DNA from: a virus
Taxonomy: Duplodnaviria > Heunggongvirae > Uroviricota > Caudoviricetes
IMG/VR virus record: IMGVR_UViG_3300017987_005500
Reading direction: 5' to 3' (one strand)
Length of the DNA stretch: 64,000 bases
Both the position numbers and the translations under genes were made by a program. The notes below the pieces were generated by a model, which saw nothing but the letters and a program-made list of their open reading frames with translations, ran no database searches and had not been told where the DNA came from. This document shows, in pieces, positions 56,938 to 64,000 of the stretch; within the stretch, counting starts at the first letter, position 1; the number at the start of each line of letters is the position of its first letter.

Positions 56938-57963
56938 ATGGCACTTAACATGAATGACTACAAAGATGAATTTTCAGGAACTGGCGTAGATAATAAAGAA
57001 CCAGTTAAACCAGAAGATGAGTTTTTTCACGCAGTTTATATTGGACATTCTTCAAGAAAGAATCACCTTGGAATAATTGAAGAAGCAGGGAAATTCCATA
57101 TTAGAGGAGTCCAATATAATATGGACAGTGTTAATATGATTGTAACTTTGACAAAAAAGATCTTGTCAAAATCAGTTGAAGTAAATAAGAAAGATAAAAT
57201 AGAATGCTTTTCATTCCAAGATGGTCCTTTGCCTCATAAAGGAAGCAGCGGAAATGTTTGTGGAATGAACGCAAATGAAAGAGCATTAAATCCTTATTGT
57301 GAACCATGCCGAGCACAACTCATTGTAGTTGGTATTTTATGTGATGAGTCCGGAAATCCATTTAAAACTGAAGAAGGAAAACCAGTATTTGGATTTATTC
57401 GTGGAAAGGGAATGAGATATGTGGGTGTTTCTGATCATTTAAATACCCTAACCAAATTGGAACTCAATCCAATTGTTCAACCGGTAACTGAAGAAAGTAA
57501 AGAATGGGAAAAGAAGCATATCAATCAATGTCGTGTTGTGACCAAAATCACAAGGGATATCGCAACTTCATCTTTCAATAGCACTGTAAATATATTCAAA
57601 TTTGAAGTTGGAACTCAAATTCCTGATGATGCAGTTGAAAAGATTATGCAAATTACCAAAAGTATAGTTGAAAAATTTAAAGAAAAATTTGATTGGTCAA
57701 AGACAAGAGCAGCTCAAACTGCCGCAGCAGCAAATTCATATGCAGGCGCAGGACCAACTCAAGCTCAACAATTCGGAGTTCCAGATCAAGCACCTAAAAC
57801 TCAAGAATCTCAATTAAATAAACCAGCAGATGATATTCCTTTTGGAGGAAATTCAGTACCGGAAGCTCAACCCCAAAATCAATCAGTTGAGCAATCACCT
57901 CCTGCTGAAAAACAAGCTCCACCAGCTCAAACTGGATTTGGGTTTGATGATTTAAACTTTTAA
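56938..57963 (+). CDS. Putative single-stranded DNA-binding protein
   Basis: Beta-rich core with Cys cluster, Q/P/A-rich linker, acidic-aromatic tail 'FGFDDLNF'; strong AAGGAGG RBS. Confidence 0.6.
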   Translation: MALNMNDYKDEFSGTGVDNKEPVKPEDEFFHAVYIGHSSRKNHLGIIEEAGKFHIRGVQYNMDSVNMIVTLTKKILSKSVEVNKKDKIECFSFQDGPLPHKGSSGNVCGMNANERALNPYCEPCRAQLIVVGILCDESGNPFKTEEGKPVFGFIRGKGMRYVGVSDHLNTLTKLELNPIVQPVTEESKEWEKKHINQCRVVTKITRDIATSSFNSTVNIFKFEVGTQIPDDAVEKIMQITKSIVEKFKEKFDWSKTRAAQTAAAANSYAGAGPTQAQQFGVPDQAPKTQESQLNKPADDIPFGGNSVPEAQPQNQSVEQSPPAEKQAPPAQTGFGFDDLNF

Positions 57964-57989
57964 TTAAATTAAAAGTATAAGGTGACCTT

Positions 57990-58349
57990 ATGGTTCTCGA
58001 TATAGTTAAGAGACTTTTCTTTAAGAAAAATAAAGAGAGGCCACGAATGAAAGAGAAAAATACAACATTAAGAATGACTAAGAACGAAGTAATTAAATTA
58101 TATAGAAAAACGAATTTACCGAAACCAGAGAACCCCATTTCTTTTAAGACTGCAGAAGAAGAGTGTGAAACGTGTTTAGTGAGACCTGTATGTACTGATC
58201 CTTGTCCTAAGATATTGGAAATATACAGGTCTCACGTTGTAACTGACCCAGATTTTAATGAAATCGAACATAACAGAAAGTATCAAAAAGAATATAAAGA
58301 AATGTGGGAAAGAATAAATAACTCAATGGATAAAAGAGATATGTTTTAG
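57990..58349 (+). CDS. Cys-rich protein (CxxCxVxxVC family)
   Basis: 'CETCLVRPVCTDPC'; start may be 58047. Confidence 0.55.
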   Translation: MVLDIVKRLFFKKNKERPRMKEKNTTLRMTKNEVIKLYRKTNLPKPENPISFKTAEEECETCLVRPVCTDPCPKILEIYRSHVVTDPDFNEIEHNRKYQKEYKEMWERINNSMDKRDMF

Positions 58350-58363
58350 AAAGGAAATCAAAG

Positions 58364-59593
58364 ATGACAGATAAAAAACAGGATGAATTAAAACACTTCG
58401 AGAAACTAAATATTTCAACATTACCTATATCTAAAGTAAAAGAAATAATTAAATCAAATATTGTGAACACATTGACGTGTTGGGATAACGATATTGATAT
58501 TGAAAAACAAACCTTTCATATCATAGGTCCTGCCGGAGTAGGAAAGACACAGATTTGTTATCAAATATGTGAAGAATTGACACAGGAAATGTTTAAAGGG
58601 AATAAAGAATTTGAAATCATCAAAGTCAATGCTCCAGTATTATCAAGAGATGATTTTATTATTCCATTTCCAGTAATTGATAATGGTAATACATCATTTA
58701 AAATGCTGTATTCTGACTTTGTTCCAAAGAATAAAGATTCATTTGGATTATTTGTAATTGATGAGTTCTCTCGTGGAGATCATTCATTGCAACAATTAAT
58801 GTGGCAAGTCCAAAATGAATGTAAACTTCATTTAATGGATTTTCCAAAAGGTTGGTTTATAGTTTCAATTGATAATCCAGATGACTCTGAATATACAATG
58901 GATTATCTTGATGATGCTGCCGGACTCAGGAGAATGCTTCATGTTTACACTGAAGTAAGTCCTATGGACTTTTTGAATTATGCAATGAAGTCGAATTATC
59001 ATACAACTGTTATTGAATATATTCAAATGCATCCTGATTATTTATATGACTTTAAATCTCAAAAGGTTGGGTCTGTCTATGCAAATCCTGCTTCATGGGA
59101 AAGAGTTTCTAATATTCTCAAGGGGTTTGAGCAAACAGGTGGGATAAAACCTAACTTTAATGCAATAGAAGTTTTATGTTCAGGTCTTTTAAACACAAGT
59201 ATGACCAGGATGTTTATGGACTATTTAAGAGATATGAAAGATATATCTCCAAGGGATATCTTCTTTAGTTATCCTAAAGTAAGAAAAGATATTGTAGGAT
59301 TTGTTAGAGATCAAAATAATGCAAAGCTTGGGGAGATCATGCAAGCATTTCTGACATATCTCACAACTTCATTTCCTGATTATGGAAGAAAGGAAAAGAA
59401 GAATGTTGTTGAATTGTTAACCACAATTCCAATCGACACAGCAGCAATATTTATAACTCAAATTAATACATTTGGTAAAGCGACTAAAGAGTTTAAATAT
59501 ATGACCGATCTCCACAGAACATTATCAAAAGAATCAAAAGATTATAAGAGGGATTTTTATCAAAAGATTGTTGATGCAAGTAATGCCAAATAG
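58364..59593 (+). CDS. MoxR-like AAA+ ATPase
   Basis: 'GPAGVGKT', 'VIDEF.R', 'DNP', 'ANPASWERVS'. Confidence 0.85.
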   Translation: MTDKKQDELKHFEKLNISTLPISKVKEIIKSNIVNTLTCWDNDIDIEKQTFHIIGPAGVGKTQICYQICEELTQEMFKGNKEFEIIKVNAPVLSRDDFIIPFPVIDNGNTSFKMLYSDFVPKNKDSFGLFVIDEFSRGDHSLQQLMWQVQNECKLHLMDFPKGWFIVSIDNPDDSEYTMDYLDDAAGLRRMLHVYTEVSPMDFLNYAMKSNYHTTVIEYIQMHPDYLYDFKSQKVGSVYANPASWERVSNILKGFEQTGGIKPNFNAIEVLCSGLLNTSMTRMFMDYLRDMKDISPRDIFFSYPKVRKDIVGFVRDQNNAKLGEIMQAFLTYLTTSFPDYGRKEKKNVVELLTTIPIDTAAIFITQINTFGKATKEFKYMTDLHRTLSKESKDYKRDFYQKIVDASNAK

Positions 59594-59601
59594 GGGGATT
59601 T

Positions 59602-60981
59602 ATGAATGATATAAGTAACATTGATGGTTCTGTAAGATTAAAGAACCTAGTTGCTAAATTAACATTACAAAATTCTTATTGGGGTTATCTGTTTTCAAGA
59701 ATCAGAAGAGTTCCTGTTCCTAATTTTAAAAGTATTATGGGAATAACTAGCACAGGTCATGGAACTTTAAATTTAAGTTACAATCCTGAGTTAGTTGCTA
59801 AGACTGAAGATAGTGTTTTATCTTTAGTCTTAGAGCATGAGGGAATGCATATATTAAATAAACATATACCTCGACTCATAAGAATTTTAGCTAATGAAAT
59901 GGATTTTAATAAACATAAAGCTAAGATGAACATTTGGAATACAGCATCCGATTGTTGTGTTAATTCACAAATAAAGGATTTTCCAAAGGAACTTCTTATA
60001 GCAGGGGATAAATGGAAACTTGAATTTCCTCAAAATTATAAACTTGAATTAGGTAAGGCAGCAGAGTTTTATTATCATAAACTTCTTGAGAAAACTAAAT
60101 TTACAGAAATCTCAATCAATATGCCAGGTAAAGGTAAATCTGGAGATGATAAAGATGGAGATGATAATAAAGGAGAAGGTGAAGAAAGTAGTAAAGGATT
60201 AACTGGAAAAGCATTAGTTTGTGATCACAGTGGTTGGACTAAAGGAGAAGATGAAGGTGGAGGAAAAAGTCTTGATCCAAATACTCTTGCAAGACAGGTT
60301 GAAAATTTCACTCAGGAAATTGCAAGACAAGCTCTAAATAATTTTAGTAAAAAGATGGGGCGAGGGACTTTACCTGCTGGAGTATATGAATTGATTAATG
60401 AATTACTTCAACCACCTAAAGCTCCGTATTACCAAATCATTCAAAAGTTAGTTAAGGCGACTAGGATTTCTAAATTCAAAAGTTGTTCTACAAGAATAAA
60501 CAGAAAAAGGACATATTCATTTATATTAAAGGAATTTGATTTACCTCAAATATCTCCTTTTCCTGGAAAGAAAAGAGATCTCACTTTTAATATTGGAGTT
60601 CTTATAGATACTTCAGGGAGTCAATCTAAAGAAGACATTATGGATGCACTCTCTGGAATTAAAAGTCTTGTAGAGAATGATAGAAATTGTCACGTGACTG
60701 TAATTGAAAATGACACAGTTGTTCAAAAAGAATATGAGATAAAAAGATTAGCTGATATTCAAATGAAAGTTAAAGGACGAGGCGGGACAGTGTTAATGCC
60801 AGGACTTGAGAGATTCAGAGAATTATCAGTTGACGTAGTTCTTGGTTTCACAGATGGTTATTGTGAAAATCTAAATGAGTTAAATAGGAAAAGACTTCCG
60901 AAGAAACTTATTTGGGCAGTTGATAAACAAAGAGGAACTGTTGAGACACTTAACAGGACAGGATTTATAGTTAGAATATAA
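59602..60981 (+). CDS. Metallopeptidase-like (HExxH) and vWA domain protein (DUF2201 type)
   Basis: 'LEHEGMH..H', 'N.A.D..VN', MIDAS 'IDTSGS', 'GRGGT', 'FTDG'. Confidence 0.85.
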   Translation: MNDISNIDGSVRLKNLVAKLTLQNSYWGYLFSRIRRVPVPNFKSIMGITSTGHGTLNLSYNPELVAKTEDSVLSLVLEHEGMHILNKHIPRLIRILANEMDFNKHKAKMNIWNTASDCCVNSQIKDFPKELLIAGDKWKLEFPQNYKLELGKAAEFYYHKLLEKTKFTEISINMPGKGKSGDDKDGDDNKGEGEESSKGLTGKALVCDHSGWTKGEDEGGGKSLDPNTLARQVENFTQEIARQALNNFSKKMGRGTLPAGVYELINELLQPPKAPYYQIIQKLVKATRISKFKSCSTRINRKRTYSFILKEFDLPQISPFPGKKRDLTFNIGVLIDTSGSQSKEDIMDALSGIKSLVENDRNCHVTVIENDTVVQKEYEIKRLADIQMKVKGRGGTVLMPGLERFRELSVDVVLGFTDGYCENLNELNRKRLPKKLIWAVDKQRGTVETLNRTGFIVRI

Positions 60982-61015
60982 AATTATAGAGAACTATATA
61001 GAAAGGAAGTTAAAT

Positions 61016-61360
61016 ATGAAAATGTCATCTAGAGAAATTGTAGCTTATGCAGAAACCGCAGCACATGAATGCGCAAGAGAATCAGTTAGAGAATGGAAAG
61101 CAACTGGTTTGTGTATAGATAAAGTAATGTTAGAAAAAATTAATGCCTTGAAAGGAAAGGGTGTTTCTGACATGACAGGTGCATTAGCTGATGATATATT
61201 TAATGACAAAGGATTTCTTTCTGACATGATTGGTGATCAAGTATTTGACGCAGGTAAAGATAAAATTGAAAGACTATCTATTGTTTCTGAGTTAAAAGGT
61301 ATGAAAAACTTTGAAGCATGGAATGAGGCAATGAAGGAATTAGAAACCACAATGATCTAA
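61016..61360 (+). CDS. Hypothetical protein
   Basis: 114 aa; upstream AGAGAACTATATAGAAAGG at 60988. Confidence 0.6.
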   Translation: MKMSSREIVAYAETAAHECARESVREWKATGLCIDKVMLEKINALKGKGVSDMTGALADDIFNDKGFLSDMIGDQVFDAGKDKIERLSIVSELKGMKNFEAWNEAMKELETTMI

Positions 61361-61375
61361 AATAAGGAGAGGGTT

Positions 61376-61834
61376 ATGAGCGAAATTATAAATATATTTA
61401 ATAATGAATACAGTTTTTTATCGAACTTTTATAAATGTGAATTTGCTATGTTTTCTTCTCATAACCCTCTTGCCGTCCCATATAGATCAGTTGAACATTA
61501 TTATCAAGCAAGTAAAGCAATAAATGCTGAAGAACATTTAAAAATTGTAGCAGCAGAATCTCCAAGTAGAGCTAAAAAACTTGGAAGAAAAGTAAAAGTG
61601 AGAGAGGACTGGGATCAAGTCAAAATAGAAGTTATGATAAAAGGACTTAATGCTAAATTCTCAGATAAAAAATTGAGAACTAAGCTTTTAAATACAGGTG
61701 ATAAAATATTAATTGAAGGAAATTATTGGAGGGATACATATTGGGGAGTTGATTTAAAAACTGGAGAGGGACAAAATGTATTAGGAAATATTTTAATGAA
61801 TCTTAGGGAAACATACAGGAAAAACGATGTATAA
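61376..61834 (+). CDS. NADAR (YbiA-like) family protein
   Basis: 'FLSNFY', 'SVEHYYQA.K', 'AKKLGR', 'W......M...L.AKF', 'L..TG...L.E....D..WG', 'G.N.LG..LM..R'. Confidence 0.92.
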   Translation: MSEIINIFNNEYSFLSNFYKCEFAMFSSHNPLAVPYRSVEHYYQASKAINAEEHLKIVAAESPSRAKKLGRKVKVREDWDQVKIEVMIKGLNAKFSDKKLRTKLLNTGDKILIEGNYWRDTYWGVDLKTGEGQNVLGNILMNLRETYRKNDV

Positions 61835-62045
61835 TAAATGCCCAAATTGTGACAATGATAACTTCTTCACTACAAAGACTGTATTTCATGATATGACTGT
61901 AACGATCAAAGATGGTAATTTAATAGACGGAGATAATTGGGTTGAATCTAATTTTCAACCAGATGTAGCATATGGTATGTTAGTTTGTACAAAATGTAAA
62001 ACAACTGTTACATTAGATGATTTAATGAGGAAAAATACATTATGA
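61827..62045 (+). CDS. Small zinc-ribbon protein
   Basis: 'CPNC...CTKC'. Confidence 0.6.
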   Translation: MYNKCPNCDNDNFFTTKTVFHDMTVTIKDGNLIDGDNWVESNFQPDVAYGMLVCTKCKTTVTLDDLMRKNTL

Positions 62046-63832
62046 CAAAAGATTATAGCTCAAAAGATATAAGAAGCTTGAGTGATATAGAGCAACTTAA
62101 AATTAATCCAGAAATGTATATAGGACATACTGAACATCCGACTCATCTTATTGAAGAATTATTTGATAATGCATGTGATGAAGCTCAAGGTGGTCATGTC
62201 AATGTGATTGCTATAAATATAAATACTAAACTTCAGACATGTTCTGTATTGGACAATGGAAGAGGAATTCCAATATCTGACAATGTACCAAAAATGATTT
62301 CTACAAAATTATTCTCTGGTGCTAAATTTAGAGATAATAAAACAGCATATGAGATTTCAAGTGGTTTACATGGAATTGGACTTGTTGCTGTAAATGCTCT
62401 AAGTGATAATATGACGATAGAGATATATAGGGGTGGAAGACATGGAATATTTAGATTTGAAAAATCTAGATTTAAAACTAAAAAGATTCATAACACAGAA
62501 CCTGGATTTGAAGCACCCTATTCAACAAAAATAGAATTTAAAGCTGATGCAAATATATTTGACAAAATATTACCTGATATTGATAGACTCAGACTTCGTT
62601 TAATTACCGCTTCAGTTCAAATGCCAAATATTATATTTGTGTTGAATATAGATAATGAGAGAGAATTATTCAAATTAAATTTGAAAGATTATTATGATAA
62701 ATACGTTTTAGATGGAACAAACGGTGAAATAATTCCTCGCTTATCCTTTAACTCCAGAAATGGAGTAGAGAAATTTAATATTTTAATGTCATATTCAGGT
62801 AAGGGTAATATATCCTCAGTTGTGGCATCATCTGTGAACTTGCTTCCATGTACATCGGGAGGAAGTCATGTCAATCTCTTTAATGAGATATTGAGAGATG
62901 TATTTGTAGCAAAAGGCAAAAAGCTAGGATATAACTTTCAACCAAATGATTGTTTAGTTGGATTAAGAGCTTATTTAATGTTGAGTCTTAGAGAAGTACA
63001 TTTTTCTGCTCAGATAAAAGATAAGCTTACAAATAAGAAAGCATATTTTGATAAATTGGCAATTCAATTGAGAACACAAATTGAAGCTTATTTTAATTCC
63101 AATCAAGATATATTAGAAACACTTCTTGAACATTTTCAATCTTATAGACAGAGGTTGGATTATAAGAAATTGAAAGTTTCAAATAATGGCAAAAGAGCAT
63201 TTACAAAATTCACAAAACTTAGAGATTGTACAACAAGTATGGGAGAATTATTTATATGTGAGGGTGACTCTGCTGGGGGCGGGTTAATTGCATGTAGGAA
63301 TCCTAAACGACATGCTATATTTCCTTTAAAGGGTAAAATCCCATGTGCTGCAACAACTGCTGACATATTGAAAAATAAAGAGATAAGTGAATTAATGAAA
63401 GCAATTGGGACAGGTGTTGGTAATGACTTTGATTTAAGTAGACTTCGTTATGAGAAAATAATAATATTTACGGATGCTGATGCTGATGGAGATCATATAG
63501 CTGCTTTATTGATTTTAGCATTTGCATTAATTGTGCCTGATATCATCAAACAAGGTCATTTATATTGGGGTAAATCTCCATTATATGCAATTAATGAAAA
63601 GAAGATATTTCAACCATTATGGACTGATGAAGAAATATCAAAAGCGAAAAGCGAAAACCGAAAAATTACTCGGTGTAAAGGTTTGGGTGAATTTAATCCA
63701 GATCAACTAGAAACCTTTTCAACGAATGAAAAGACGCGCAATTTAATTCAAGTTGACTTTTCTCAAGACTTGGATAAAATTGTAAAACTATTTACAGATG
63801 TTGAACACAAAAGAATGTTATTAGCGGGGTAA
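62042..63832 (+). CDS. Type IIA topoisomerase B subunit (GyrB/ParE-like)
   Basis: 'MYIG', 'E..DN..DE', 'DNGRGIP', 'GLHGIG', Toprim 'EGDSA', 'PLKGK', 'DADADG', 'KGLGE'. Confidence 0.93.
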   Translation: MTKDYSSKDIRSLSDIEQLKINPEMYIGHTEHPTHLIEELFDNACDEAQGGHVNVIAININTKLQTCSVLDNGRGIPISDNVPKMISTKLFSGAKFRDNKTAYEISSGLHGIGLVAVNALSDNMTIEIYRGGRHGIFRFEKSRFKTKKIHNTEPGFEAPYSTKIEFKADANIFDKILPDIDRLRLRLITASVQMPNIIFVLNIDNERELFKLNLKDYYDKYVLDGTNGEIIPRLSFNSRNGVEKFNILMSYSGKGNISSVVASSVNLLPCTSGGSHVNLFNEILRDVFVAKGKKLGYNFQPNDCLVGLRAYLMLSLREVHFSAQIKDKLTNKKAYFDKLAIQLRTQIEAYFNSNQDILETLLEHFQSYRQRLDYKKLKVSNNGKRAFTKFTKLRDCTTSMGELFICEGDSAGGGLIACRNPKRHAIFPLKGKIPCAATTADILKNKEISELMKAIGTGVGNDFDLSRLRYEKIIIFTDADADGDHIAALLILAFALIVPDIIKQGHLYWGKSPLYAINEKKIFQPLWTDEEISKAKSENRKITRCKGLGEFNPDQLETFSTNEKTRNLIQVDFSQDLDKIVKLFTDVEHKRMLLAG

Positions 63833-63836
63833 AATT

Positions 63837-64000
63837 ATGCACATTATTCTATCTAATGGAGCAGAGGAGACTACAGTACACGATTTTGTTGAGAAATTGA
63901 AAGACGCTGAAAAAATCAACAAAGATATGACAGCTAATGCTTATATTGAAAGGATTAAACCATTTGAAATGGTTATGTTTATTGTTGATGCAATGGCAAA
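63837..64000 (+). CDS. Partial hypothetical ORF running off the window
   Basis: ATG 63837, open to the end of the window. Confidence 0.45.
   Translation, partial: MHIILSNGAEETTVHDFVEKLKDAEKINKDMTANAYIERIKPFEMVMFIVDAMA

Noticed and set aside
689-63366. Many 60-165 aa antisense ORFs in the ORF track (for example 27180..27677 and 18054..18416)
   Set aside because: They lie opposite well-supported genes, lack RBSs and have the F/L/S/I-rich composition of shadow ORFs.
1-64000. Stop-codon reassignment
   Set aside because: Conserved genes are intact in the standard code, and TAA, TAG and TGA all end genes at tight junctions.

Overview
AT-rich, gene-dense, standard-code fragment of a large tailed (jumbo, myovirus-like) bacteriophage, probably infecting a Gram-negative host. 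Genes run on the minus strand to about 15.67 kb and on the plus strand from about 15.8 kb. Beside the switch lie a plasmid-type Rep-like gene and a putative iteron origin. The window carries: (i) a self-contained transcription system, with unsplit beta' and beta RNA polymerase subunits, an upstream 485-aa protein resembling the AR9 gp226 / phiKZ gp68 sigma-like subunit, and two recurring intergenic motifs (GAACA-N5/6-TR and TATATATT[A/T]); (ii) replication, recombination and repair genes (Dda-like helicase, clamp loader, clamp, primase, flap nuclease, RuvC, RecA/UvsX, Cas4-like nuclease, SSB, class II RNR, type IIA topoisomerase B subunit, stand-alone LigD PE and POL domains); (iii) ADP-heptose enzymes (GmhA, HldD) with five glycosyltransferases, three of them GT9-like; (iv) neck, baseplate, PAAR and amidase genes; (v) four copies of a modular 'CEYGCG' HNH endonuclease family, one internally deleted; (vi) an actin-like ATPase, KhpA, NADAR, a MoxR/vWA pair and a candidate ~110-nt structured RNA. 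I saw no tRNA, rRNA or CRISPR array. All protein calls come from motif recognition by eye; no searches were run.
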